DNA of 64,000 nt from NCBI GenBank assembly GCA_020632095.1, contig JACKGF010000001.1, positions 866,713-930,712 of the forward strand. Direction: 5' to 3'. This stretch comes from Candidatus Nomurabacteria bacterium (GTDB lineage: Bacteria; Patescibacteriota; Minisyncoccia; Phycocordibacterales; UBA918). This document shows, in pieces, positions 10,579-19,100 of this stretch. Under the pieces are notes generated by a model. The model ran no database searches, was not told the origin of the DNA, and saw only the letters and a list, made by a program, of their open reading frames with translations. Both the position numbers and the translations under genes were made by a program. The stretch's first letter is position 1. Each line of letters opens with the position of its first letter.

Positions 10579-10767
10579 ATGAACAACACTAGTTTACAGA
10601 AAAGCCAGGTCTTTGATCCAAGGTGGGTCAAGGGCCAAGAAGCACCTATTTTGTGTCAGGTTGCCCGAGAGTCGGGAGGGGGGACAAGAATGCCAACACT
10701 AGGAGAAGTCCTAGGCAAGATCGTTTATGATCCAACGTGGGCTCCCGAGGACCCACCTACCGGCTAG
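10579..10767 (+). CDS. Hypothetical small Pro/Gly/Trp-rich protein (or part of a GC-rich ncRNA locus)
   Basis: A GAAGGG RBS lies ~9 nt upstream of the ATG; the locus is GC-richer than its flanks and is followed by a perfect 12-bp palindrome at 10789-10814. Confidence 0.25.
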   Translation: MNNTSLQKSQVFDPRWVKGQEAPILCQVARESGGGTRMPTLGEVLGKIVYDPTWAPEDPPTG

Positions 10768-10954
10768 ATGAAACTTGCATAATGAAAACCGGCCAGACTC
10801 TCGAGTCTGGCCGGTAGATCGTTTTAATATCAGTTAACTTTGTGAATTAAGGCAGAGCGATTGACAGTTTTTGTTGTAATGATACTGTTTTTAATGGCGT
10901 CAAAACGTGGCTCGCTTGTAAAGGGGCTTTTGTAATGTTCATTTAGGAATAAAA

Positions 10955-11188
10955 ATGTCAGATTTTGAATGTTTGAATAAAATTGGGCAGTCAGCTCTTG
11001 ATGCTGGGATGTTGACCCCAGAAGAATTGCTGAAAAAAACGCGTAATCTCAACCGTGATATCGCCAAACTCAACAAATCGCCAGCCACAAGTTGGGTTGT
11101 GCTCGCCGGATTGAAGAAGTTGCGACTTCGTCTCGAGACAATTTACTACATGCGCCCTTTCCGGCAGGAGGGCATGGTCGAGGGCTAA
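10955..11188 (+). CDS. Hypothetical protein (77 aa)
   Basis: An AGGAAT RBS precedes the ATG, and the terminator GCAAAAGGGCGCATGTGTGCGCCCTTTT follows. Confidence 0.3.
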   Translation: MSDFECLNKIGQSALDAGMLTPEELLKKTRNLNRDIAKLNKSPATSWVVLAGLKKLRLRLETIYYMRPFRQEGMVEG

Positions 11189-11354
11189 GTCAGTCTGCTC
11201 ATTTCAGTAGGCAAAAGGGCGCATGTGTGCGCCCTTTTAATATTTAATTGGTACACTATGTTATGCAGTTAGTGTTTTTTATTTCTAGTGTAGTGGCGTT
11301 TGTGGTGGGGGTGGGTTTGCGGACGGTGATACCGATTTCCCTTACGGTTATAGT

Positions 11355-12845
11355 GTGGCTGATGGTGGTAAGTTTGGGTTTGGGGGGGTGTGGCGCAGCG
11401 GAGCTGCTTCGGCGCCAGGTCTACTGCTGGTCAGTCTCTGCTTCACATTTATTGCATTGGGGATTTTACGTACTGAAATAGCGACTTGGAAGTTTGATGA
11501 TTCACCTTTATCTGCTCAACTCGAACAAAAAGTTGAGCTTCAAGGAAAAGTTATTCAAGAGCCAGATTACCGAGAAAAGTCTGTTCATTTATACGTTGAA
11601 ACAGCCAACGATGTGGTGTTGGTGACTGCTGACAGACTATCAAATGTTAATTATGGAGATATAATTTCGGTAGCTGGAAAACTAACCAAGCCCGAGGAAT
11701 TCACTACAGAACTAGGCCGAACTTTTAATTACCCAGGATATTTAATGGCACGAGGTGTGCAGTATAAAATTTCCTTTGCGACGGTAGCGGTGTTGGAAAC
11801 AAGGCAAGGTAATCCGATAGTGGCAGCATTGCTTGATGTAAAAAGACTATTTATTACTTCGCTTGAACAAGTTATTTTTGAACCACAAGTTGGTCTGGGT
11901 GAAGGTTTGTTACTAGGGGTTAAGTCTTCACTCGGCGAGGATATCGAGGAAAATTTTAGACGGACTGGCATTATTCATATTGTTGTTTTGTCTGGCTACA
12001 ACGTGATGTTGGTAGTGGCATTTTTTATGTTGCTATTTTCTTTCTTTTTGCCACTTCGAGTGCGTATAATCGCCGGTATTATTTCGATAGCGGCTTTTGC
12101 GTTGATTGTTGGCCTGTCGGCGACAGTTGTACGAGCGAGTATTATGGTTTCGCTAGTGCTGATAGCTCAAGCTAGTGGACGTCGCTACGATGTTTTGCGC
12201 GGATTACTTTTTGCGGGTATGGTGATGATTTTTGTTAATCCATTTTTACTTCTGTATGACATTGGTTTCCAGTTATCGTTTATGGCCACTCTCGGTCTAT
12301 TGCTGATTGTTCCACAGTTTGAGGTTTCGCTAGTTAAAACTAGTAATCTTTGGGGGATACGAGATTTTTTCTTAGCGACAGTAGCGACTCAGATAGCAGT
12401 GTTGCCACTCTTGATGTTTCATATTGGGCAGGTGTCGTTAATTTCGGTAGTGGTTAATGTGTTGGTGTTGCCACTTGTCCCGGTCGCTATGTTGCTAACA
12501 TTTATCAGTGGTTTGGTCGGATTTTTCTCCGGTCAGTTAGCTGGGTTAATTGGTTACTTGGCTTCCATTTCACTCAACTATATCTTAATGGTAGCTGATT
12601 GGTTCGCCCACGTTCCTTTAGCGGCTGTAACTGTACCGCAGTTTTCTGCTCTCGGAGTATTGGTAATGTATGGATTGATGGCGGTTGGGTTGGTGATATG
12701 GCGGAACAAAAAAATTACCGCTGTGAGTTTGAGTGCAAGGTCTCTTAATCTGAGTGATTGGGTGATTGAGGAGGAGGTTGAAAAAGCTGGCCAGTCCCAA
12801 AAGCACCGCCCAACAAACCCCGAACCACCAATATTTTTCCGTTAA
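11355..12845 (+). CDS. comEC: ComEC/Rec2-family DNA-uptake channel protein (DUF4131 + competence domain, no MBL domain); N-terminal TM region encoded in another frame (11248-11481), so frameshifted or phase-variable
   Basis: Polytopic membrane protein with ComEC-like topology. The upstream frame encodes 2 TM helices and runs into a G7 tract at 11383-11389, where the frames switch. Confidence 0.7.
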   Translation: MADGGKFGFGGVWRSGAASAPGLLLVSLCFTFIALGILRTEIATWKFDDSPLSAQLEQKVELQGKVIQEPDYREKSVHLYVETANDVVLVTADRLSNVNYGDIISVAGKLTKPEEFTTELGRTFNYPGYLMARGVQYKISFATVAVLETRQGNPIVAALLDVKRLFITSLEQVIFEPQVGLGEGLLLGVKSSLGEDIEENFRRTGIIHIVVLSGYNVMLVVAFFMLLFSFFLPLRVRIIAGIISIAAFALIVGLSATVVRASIMVSLVLIAQASGRRYDVLRGLLFAGMVMIFVNPFLLLYDIGFQLSFMATLGLLLIVPQFEVSLVKTSNLWGIRDFFLATVATQIAVLPLLMFHIGQVSLISVVVNVLVLPLVPVAMLLTFISGLVGFFSGQLAGLIGYLASISLNYILMVADWFAHVPLAAVTVPQFSALGVLVMYGLMAVGLVIWRNKKITAVSLSARSLNLSDWVIEEEVEKAGQSQKHRPTNPEPPIFFR

Positions 12846-13036
12846 AGGTAATTCGGTATTAATCTATTAAGAAAAGGTGTTGGTGGTAGTAAAACAAAGG
12901 ACATGTTTCCAGTCCCAGAGTCGTACAGAGCCTTGTGTATTCAAGGAGGGGATTCAAGGGCCCTTGACAAGTATTAATAAATATGATAAGACAACAAACA
13001 CGTAGCTCTTTTATTTAATGTTGCTAGGAGGCAAGT

Positions 13037-13297
13037 ATGGACATGTTCAGTGTTGGAGTCGGCTTCGTTGCGGGAGGTGTTATCGTTCTCATTCTCTCGT
13101 GGGTGTTCTACAAGGGGTCCGAAGAATCCTTTCGTGGCCTGTCCAAGCATCATGCTGGTTTCGGAAATGAGGCAGCGAATGATATCATTTCCGGCTTCAT
13201 CTCCGCCATCGTGGCGCCCATCCTGAAATGGGTTGGAGGGGTAGTGTTAGTTATTGGCCTCGTCATCATGGCTACCTCGTGGGTCGTCGGTTCGTAG
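13037..13297 (+). CDS. Small membrane protein (2 TM), hypothetical
   Basis: A strong AGGAGG RBS precedes the start, the sequence shows two hydrophobic helices, and a terminator follows. Confidence 0.45.
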   Translation: MDMFSVGVGFVAGGVIVLILSWVFYKGSEESFRGLSKHHAGFGNEAANDIISGFISAIVAPILKWVGGVVLVIGLVIMATSWVVGS

Positions 13298-13320
13298 ATA
13301 AAAAATCTGGCGCATGTCAG

Positions 13321-13362
13321 AAAAAGAGCCGTTTGTTTACACAGACGGCTCTTATTTTTTAT
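13321..13362. terminator. Bidirectional terminator (small membrane gene / sodA)
   Basis: AAAAAGAGCCGTTTGT-ttacac-AGACGGCTCTT followed by TTTTTT. Confidence 0.6.
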
Positions 13363-13398
13363 ACCAAGGAAAGGCCTAGGCGAAACTTGACGCTGATA

Positions 13399-13977
13399 CT
13401 AAACCATCCGTTCAGATACTACTTCCCAGTTTGTGCCGGCGATAAAGGCGTCGATATACTTGGATTTATCACTGGCTGGGTAATCGCGCATGTATGAGTG
13501 CTCCCACATGTCTAGCGCATAAATAATATCCAAGTCGGCTAGTTGGCCGATATGTTGTTCGTCTAGCCAAGTTTGCACCAGTTGGTCGGTGTGTGGGTCG
13601 TGGTACAGCATCGCCCAGCCAACCCCGCGAGTCATGGCGATTTGCTTAAAGCGTTCTAGCCAAGCTTCGTAGGTTCCCCACTGTTGTTCAATTTTATTTT
13701 TTAAGGCCCCGTCAGACAGTGGTTTGGCACCACCTTCTAGTTGAGAAAAATAGTATTCATGATTGCGCATGCCACCAAACTCAAAACCGAGTCGACGTTG
13801 CATTTCGGTAATCGGGTAGGCGTTGTTCGCATAATCTTCACTAAAAGCCGCGATTTTCTCTTGAATTAAATTTACGTGCTTAACATAACCTTGGTAAAGC
13901 CAAATGTGTCCGTTGATTGAGTCAGTTGAAATCCCAGGCACTTCAGGAATATCAAAATTTAAGGGTTCGTATTTCAT
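13399..13977 (-). CDS. sodA: Fe/Mn superoxide dismutase
   Basis: The DMWEHSYM motif (D-x-W-E-H) and N-terminal His ligands are present. The start is placed at MKYEPLNF rather than the longer upstream ORF. Confidence 0.85.
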   Translation of the reverse strand: MKYEPLNFDIPEVPGISTDSINGHIWLYQGYVKHVNLIQEKIAAFSEDYANNAYPITEMQRRLGFEFGGMRNHEYYFSQLEGGAKPLSDGALKNKIEQQWGTYEAWLERFKQIAMTRGVGWAMLYHDPHTDQLVQTWLDEQHIGQLADLDIIYALDMWEHSYMRDYPASDKSKYIDAFIAGTNWEVVSERMV

Positions 13978-14035
13978 AGTAATTAGTACAGTTTGCAGCG
14001 GATAATATTTCACTAGCATTGTATCATGTAGGTAT

Positions 14036-14896
14036 ATGGAGCGTTGGTTAAGAATTCGTCTGGGGGTATTGGTGGCCTTGAGTGTGGTTGGGTTGTTGGT
14101 CTGGATTCCGGCTGGACAAGCCAGCTCCTCCATTGGTGAAAATTTACAGGTAAGGTTTCTAGACGTCGGCCAAGGCGACGCGATTCAAATTATTACTCCA
14201 GATGGATATGAGGCTTTGATAGACGGTGGGCCGACGGCTTCGGTGTTGCGAGAGTTGGCAATTGGGCGTTCATTCTTTGATAAGTCAATTGACGTCTTGA
14301 TTGCGACTCACCCGGATTCAGACCATATCAGTGGTTTGGTAGATGTGTTAGAGCGATATCAAGTTGATTACATTATTGAGACCAATAATAAAAGCGAAAC
14401 AGCGGCTTCTAGTGCTTATGAACAAGCGGTTACAAACGAACAGGCAAAAATAATCATTGCCCAGGCTGGACAAACAATTAAGCTTGGAGGATTAACTACT
14501 ATTAAGATTTATTCACCCAATGGTGATACCAGTAACTGGAAGAGTAATGCTGCATCGGTAGTAGTGCAGGTGTCTTTTGGAGATATTGATTTTATGTTAA
14601 CCGGTGATGCTCCTAGTTCAATTGAGGATTACATTGTGTCTAAGTACGGTACTTTGCTTGAGAGTGAGGTATTAAAATTAGGTCATCATGGTTCGGATAC
14701 CTCTTCCAGTGAAAATTTTTTGAATACTGTTAAACCAGATTTTGCGGTGGTATCAGCTGGAGCTGACAATCGTTATGGTCATCCTCGAGCGGAGGTGATT
14801 GAACGAGCAGAAAGTGTGGGAGCAGAGATCGTCAGTACGATTGATAAAGGAACGATTACTTTTGTGACTGATGGAAAGAAGGTGTGGGTAGAGTAG
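14036..14896 (+). CDS. Secreted MBL-fold metallo-hydrolase, ComEC C-terminal-domain type (stand-alone)
   Basis: Signal peptide/TM at the N-terminus, then motifs FLDVGQGDA, ATHPDSDHISG and LGHHGSDTSSS typical of the ComEC-type lactamase domain. Confidence 0.7.
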   Translation: MERWLRIRLGVLVALSVVGLLVWIPAGQASSSIGENLQVRFLDVGQGDAIQIITPDGYEALIDGGPTASVLRELAIGRSFFDKSIDVLIATHPDSDHISGLVDVLERYQVDYIIETNNKSETAASSAYEQAVTNEQAKIIIAQAGQTIKLGGLTTIKIYSPNGDTSNWKSNAASVVVQVSFGDIDFMLTGDAPSSIEDYIVSKYGTLLESEVLKLGHHGSDTSSSENFLNTVKPDFAVVSAGADNRYGHPRAEVIERAESVGAEIVSTIDKGTITFVTDGKKVWVE

Positions 14897-14904
14897 AATA
14901 AAGT

Positions 14905-14943
14905 AATCGGCCGGTCCTTGTGGGATCGGCCGATTGCTTTTTC
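14905..14943. terminator. Bidirectional terminator (MBL gene / rpmB)
   Basis: AATCGGCCGGTCC-ttgt-GGGATCGGCCGATT followed by a T-run. Confidence 0.55.
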
Positions 14944-15186
14944 TTAGATAATATTTGCTTTCTTCAGAGTAGCGTAGGCGCCATTCTTGGCGATAGTACG
15001 GAGAGCGGCTGTAGAAACCTTTAAAATAACGGTTTTATCTATCTCGGCTACGTAGATTCGCTTTTTTTGTAGGTTTGGTTGACGAGTAGTTTTTCCTCCA
15101 GGGTTAAACTGCGTCGCACGAGTACGGTTACTATAGCGGCCCCCAATCTGGGTTTTCTTGCCGGTGATGTCGCATTGTTTTGCCAT
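14944..15186 (-). CDS. rpmB: 50S ribosomal protein L28
   Basis: MAKQCDITGKK…NLQKKRIYV matches the L28 family pattern. Confidence 0.85.
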   Translation of the reverse strand: MAKQCDITGKKTQIGGRYSNRTRATQFNPGGKTTRQPNLQKKRIYVAEIDKTVILKVSTAALRTIAKNGAYATLKKANII

Positions 15187-15427
15187 ATAAGATAACGTTT
15201 AGTGGCGCCATACTAACATATATAACTGATAATGCAATAAGTAGATGAGTGGAGCGAGTATTGGTGCCTTGGTTTTTTTAGGAAGGCTTTAGCCGACTAT
15301 AAAAAGTACTCTTGAGGTGAACCTAGTTCCGAATTGATTCTCGGGGTAAATTCTTGTAATTGGTTACTAAAAAATATGAGTTAATCTTTTACTATTATTA
15401 TCAATTACGATATCATGTACAAACATT

Positions 15428-16063
15428 ATGGATACAATGCAAATCGCGATGATAGTAGTGCTTATTATTTCAGTCGTTATTCACGAAATGGCTCACGGCT
15501 ACGCAGCCAATTGGCTAGGTGACCCGACCGCCCGTTTGGCTGGTCGTCTGACCATGAATCCAATTTCTCACCTCGACCCGATGATGTCGGTTATTTTGCC
15601 TGGACTATTAATTGTTACTGGCTCACCTATCTTGTTTGGTGCCGCCAAGCCTGTACCCTATAACCCGTACAACTTCACCAACCAAAAGTGGGGGGAGGCG
15701 ATTGTGGCGGCGGCCGGTCCCGCTGCTAATATCGCAATTGCGGTTATTTTTGGAATGATTGTGCGTAGCGCCGACGCACTTAATCTATCAGATGCATTCT
15801 TGGGTCTGTCTATAAATATCATAATCCTCAATATATTTCTGGCTTTTTTCAACTTAGTACCAATCCCACCGCTAGACGGCTCAAAGATTTTACCCAAGTT
15901 CCTACCTTTTTCATTGGCAATGAAATACGATAATTTTAGACGGATGATGGAGCAAAATGTCGCTCTAGCTTTTGGATTAGTGATTTTTATTTTTGTTTTT
16001 GTTCTGGCTGACCCGATTCATCAATTAACTATTTGGTTAGCTTCTATATTGGTTGGAGCTTAA
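15428..16063 (+). CDS. Peptidase M50 (site-2 protease family) membrane metalloprotease
   Basis: HEMAHG zinc motif in TM1 and a polytopic membrane protein of 211 aa. Confidence 0.75.
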   Translation: MDTMQIAMIVVLIISVVIHEMAHGYAANWLGDPTARLAGRLTMNPISHLDPMMSVILPGLLIVTGSPILFGAAKPVPYNPYNFTNQKWGEAIVAAAGPAANIAIAVIFGMIVRSADALNLSDAFLGLSINIIILNIFLAFFNLVPIPPLDGSKILPKFLPFSLAMKYDNFRRMMEQNVALAFGLVIFIFVFVLADPIHQLTIWLASILVGA

Positions 16064-16139
16064 TAGCTTGTAGAGATGTGTGGTAGATGATTCACCCTTG
16101 CAAAAATACCTATCTATAGTATTCTGAGCCGGCTACATT

Positions 16140-16553
16140 ATGGCAACAATTCAACAATTAACCCGTAAGAAGCGAGTCGACAAACCGCGAAAAAGTAAGC
16201 GAGCGGCTTTGGAATCTGGATTTAACAAAATCAAGAACCAGCCAAACGAATACTTCTCGCCTTTCAAGCGTGGTGTATGTACCCGTGTAACAACCAAGAC
16301 TCCTCGTAAGCCGAACTCAGCGATTCGAAAGATTGCTCGTGTTCGACTTTCAAATGGTCAGGAAATTACCGCGTACATCCCAGGTATGAAGCACAATCTT
16401 CAAGAACACTCAGTGGTACTGGTGCGTGGAGGTCGTGTGAAAGACATCGGTGTCAACTACACAATCGTTCGTGGAAAATACGATGCGACAGGTGTGAGTG
16501 AACGCCGACGGGGTAGGTCTCGTTACGGAGCAAAGAAACCAAAAGGCGAGTAA
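16140..16553 (+). CDS. rpsL: 30S ribosomal protein S12 (with an ~18-aa internal insertion)
   Basis: …KRGVCTRV…[28 protein letters not shown]…[13 protein letters not shown]… is diagnostic for S12. Confidence 0.95.
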   Translation: MATIQQLTRKKRVDKPRKSKRAALESGFNKIKNQPNEYFSPFKRGVCTRVTTKTPRKPNSAIRKIARVRLSNGQEITAYIPGMKHNLQEHSVVLVRGGRVKDIGVNYTIVRGKYDATGVSERRRGRSRYGAKKPKGE

Positions 16554-16571
16554 TTTTCCTAAACTGAGCAA

Positions 16572-16653
16572 TCTGCTTTGTCTGACTACGGATCGAAAGT
16601 AGTCACCGTACATTTGTACGTTTCCTATTTTCTCCCTTGTCATCCGCGCATAT
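16572..16653 (+). repeat. Intergenic element copy A (CTGCTTTGTC box – CGTAC-attt-GTACG hairpin – CCTTGTC..CGCGCATAT box)
   Basis: Member of a 6-copy family in r-protein spacers; see findings. Confidence 0.5.
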
Positions 16654-16908
16654 TATCTCAGTTAAGAAAAATTCGACCTCATTGTTTCAAAACAAAAAAA
16701 CGTGGAGACGCGAATCTCCGCAAATTACAAATAGTTTATATTCGCTACAGATTATATGACGCGATTCAAGCCGGTGGCTTCGGAATCAAATTATGCGAAG
16801 AATGAAAAAGTGACTTGTCATATTTCTCATTCTTGTTTATCAAGAAGTATAGCCGAGTAGAATAAAAGGAGACTCTTTTATATTCGCTCCGCTCATTAAA
16901 AAATAGCT

Positions 16909-17382
16909 ATGCGACGACCAATTAAAAAACGACCCATAGTATCTCCGGATGTTATGTACAGTTCGGTTGATGTCGAACGTCTCATCAACTACATCATGCT
17001 TCGTGGTCAAAAAGAGACTGCACGCAAGATTGTCTACGGTGCGTTTGAAATCATGAAGAATGCAAAGGATGGAGGAGGCGACCCGCTGGAAGTGTTCAAC
17101 ACAGCAGTGCGGAATGCTGGTCCTTTGATGGAAGTACGTTCTCGTCGAGTTGGTGGTGCAAACTACCAGGTTCCCCGAGAAGTACGACCAGAGCGCCGAA
17201 TGGCTTTGGCTCTAAGATGGATCATTAATGGAGCACGCAAGCAAAAAGGAGTACCAATGCACAAGGCTTTGGCTCAAGAATTGCTTTTGGCCGCTAAGGA
17301 AGAAGGAAACGCAGTGAAGAAGAAGGAAGATACCCACAAGATGGCTGAGGCTAACCGAGCCTTTGCCCACTTCGCTTGGTAA
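16909..17382 (+). CDS. rpsG: 30S ribosomal protein S7
   Basis: S7 family sequence (…[22 protein letters not shown]…); unusually it lies 355 bp downstream of rpsL. Confidence 0.95.
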   Translation: MRRPIKKRPIVSPDVMYSSVDVERLINYIMLRGQKETARKIVYGAFEIMKNAKDGGGDPLEVFNTAVRNAGPLMEVRSRRVGGANYQVPREVRPERRMALALRWIINGARKQKGVPMHKALAQELLLAAKEEGNAVKKKEDTHKMAEANRAFAHFAW

Positions 17383-17396
17383 TTCCACAATTGGCG

Positions 17397-17483
17397 TTTG
17401 GCTTCGTCGGTACGGCAAAAATTTAATTCGCTGGACTATACGTCCCACTCATTAAATTTTTACCTAGTCTCCTCGCCACACAT
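17397..17483 (+). repeat. Intergenic element copy F (upstream box – GGAC-tatac-GTCC hairpin – CCTAGTCTCCTCGCCACACAT box)
   Basis: Same tripartite layout and box sequences as copies A-E, but with a different hairpin stem. Confidence 0.4.
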
Positions 17484-17510
17484 TCAATTCTGAAATTCCC
17501 AATAATAAAA

Positions 17511-17568
17511 GGCCGGAGAATTTGTGATCTGTATTTATCGATACAGCTCACAAATTCTCCGGCCTTTT
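17511..17568. terminator. Long palindromic bidirectional terminator after rpsG
   Basis: GGCCGGAGAATTTGTGA…TCACAAATTCTCCGGCC forms a 17-bp stem with an A-run before and TTTTGC after. Confidence 0.6.
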
Positions 17569-17890
17569 GCTTGCGCCCAGTTTTTAAGAAGTGAAACGAC
17601 TATAAAAATGGATATACACCAGTGGTGCATTCGAAAATGAAATCAACAAGATTGAGGGACAGGTTTTTTAATACCTGTCCTACAAATGGAACGGTTATTC
17701 CCCTTGAAGTTGGCTGTTTTAACAACTATTAACAGCCCTTGTTAACAAAAGTTAATAGGTTGAGGGACAATCAATTCTAATGAATGTCCCTCAATTATTG
17801 ATATACTTCTATCAATAAAAAATAAAACTGCGCTGGAGCGCAGTTTAGGGTAGCTGGTGGTAATTTAAGATTTTGATTGAACAGTCCGGT

Positions 17891-18127
17891 TCAATTTTTT
17901 GGTTTTGGAGACTGGGGCGGAAATGCTTTTTTCCAGAGCCTTGCTACTAGGAATCTGGTATAGGTGAGAGTAAGTGCTAGTATGACTATAAACATAAAGT
18001 CACTAACCTCATTAGACTCTAAGAAATTATCAGATTCTCGTAGCGCCACACTGACTAAAATAAAGTTAAATATCACCAGAATGGCGTAAACACAAACAAT
18101 GAACGTAAAGGTTTCGTTATGGAACAT
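17891..18127 (-). CDS. Hypothetical small membrane protein (78 aa)
   Basis: Two hydrophobic helices, with the minus-strand terminator hairpin 17825-17846 directly downstream. Confidence 0.3.
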   Translation of the reverse strand: MFHNETFTFIVCVYAILVIFNFILVSVALRESDNFLESNEVSDFMFIVILALTLTYTRFLVARLWKKAFPPQSPKPKN

Positions 18128-18387
18128 ATTTCCTCCAAGGAGATGGCTTATTGAGCGCAGACATTACAGTATCATCAAATTTGATTACAAACTAGTTTTT
18201 ACAAATCTTTTACCACACCAACTTTATTGAATAAATATGTTGCCGTCTGTGGGGCAAATTCTCTCTTTTCGTATGGTATATGGGGCCTTTCCTCGTCAGG
18301 GGTCACTGTTTTAAAATTTTCCATATACTTTGATTATATATTGCACAAGCTTTAATTTTTCCGAAGGGTGGCCCTTCGATAATCTGA

Positions 18388-18738
18388 CTAATAATCCCTG
18401 CCGTTAAAATTAGTTACTTTTACTAAATCTGTGTCGAAATTTTCTAGGCAGTTTAGATTGATCGAAACCATGTAGTTTCCGTTGCCATCATGACCACGAG
18501 CAAAGGATTGGACACCACAGGTCTTGCAGAAGCGGTGGTCGATGTGTTTCTTGTTGAATTGGTAAGTGGTCAGGTTATCTTCGCCGGATAGGAGCTTGAA
18601 TTGGGCTTCGGGGACAAAGGCGAGCAAAAACCCTTTACGGCTACAATGACTACAATTACACTTCATTCCCTCAGTAAAATCTCCCTCAACTTCGTATTTA
18701 ACAGCGCCGCAATGGCAGCTTCCTTGGTATGTTTTCAT
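18388..18738 (-). CDS. GFA family (CENP-V/glutathione-dependent formaldehyde-activating-like) zinc protein
   Basis: Cys pattern CHCGAV…CNCSHC…CKTCG typical of Gfa-like domains. Confidence 0.7.
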   Translation of the reverse strand: MKTYQGSCHCGAVKYEVEGDFTEGMKCNCSHCSRKGFLLAFVPEAQFKLLSGEDNLTTYQFNKKHIDHRFCKTCGVQSFARGHDGNGNYMVSINLNCLENFDTDLVKVTNFNGRDY

Positions 18739-18790
18739 GATTGAATTTTATCATGATATAATGGATATTATTATCCTAAGGTAAATTTCT

Positions 18791-19081
18791 ATGGAGGGCG
18801 CACCAGCTACAAAAACAGAATCAAACGTAGAGAGCTTAGTAGCTTGGAGGGAACTAAAGTCAGAAGCACCGGCTCAAGCAGAGCGTCTGATGGCTCAGAT
18901 TGATGGTTTTGAAGAGATGGAACTGAAAGATAAAATCGCTGAACTTAAGCAATTATTATCTGAACTATCAGATAATAACGATAATCGTTTTTTGGTAGAG
19001 GAAATTGCAAAGCGGGTTTCAGTTATGGAGGAGCACAGTCGACATAGCAGTCGATTAGCAGAACTCCAATTAACCGCCTAA
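18791..19081 (+). CDS. Hypothetical acidic coiled-coil protein (96 aa)
   Basis: ORF with plausible spacing to its neighbours; no recognisable motif. Confidence 0.35.
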   Translation: MEGAPATKTESNVESLVAWRELKSEAPAQAERLMAQIDGFEEMELKDKIAELKQLLSELSDNNDNRFLVEEIAKRVSVMEEHSRHSSRLAELQLTA

Positions 19082-19100
19082 ATTATTCACTTCGTTCTTT

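Noticed and set aside
10600-10830. Possible RNase P RNA (motifs UAGAUGAA, GAAAACCGGC, GGAGAAGUCC, GGUG…AAGA.GCACC)
   Set aside because: The motifs occur in the wrong order relative to the bacterial RNase P consensus. The segment is only ~200 nt. The 3' part is a simple perfect palindrome rather than a P4/P1 arrangement. The region is kept only as an unclassified GC-rich locus.
11248-11481. 77-aa ORF as an independent gene
   Set aside because: It encodes TM helices continuous with ComEC topology and overlaps the comEC ORF in another frame at a G7 tract. It is interpreted as the frameshifted N-terminus of comEC.
13399-14133. Full 244-aa ORF as the sodA CDS
   Set aside because: The SOD fold starts at MKYEPLNF (13977). 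The upstream 51 codons overlap the divergent promoter region and the start of the + strand gene at 14036.
16572-16653. The conserved 3' box (TTGTCA-N8-TATTAT / TTGTCC-N8-TATAAA) as a sigma70 promoter
   Set aside because: The spacer between the -35-like and -10-like hexamers is only 8 nt. The -10-like part is not conserved in copies C-F. A structural RNA element is more consistent.
16578-16805. 75-aa ORF in the rpsL–rpsG spacer
   Set aside because: It overlaps the conserved intergenic element copy A, has no RBS, and shows low-complexity composition; likely spurious.
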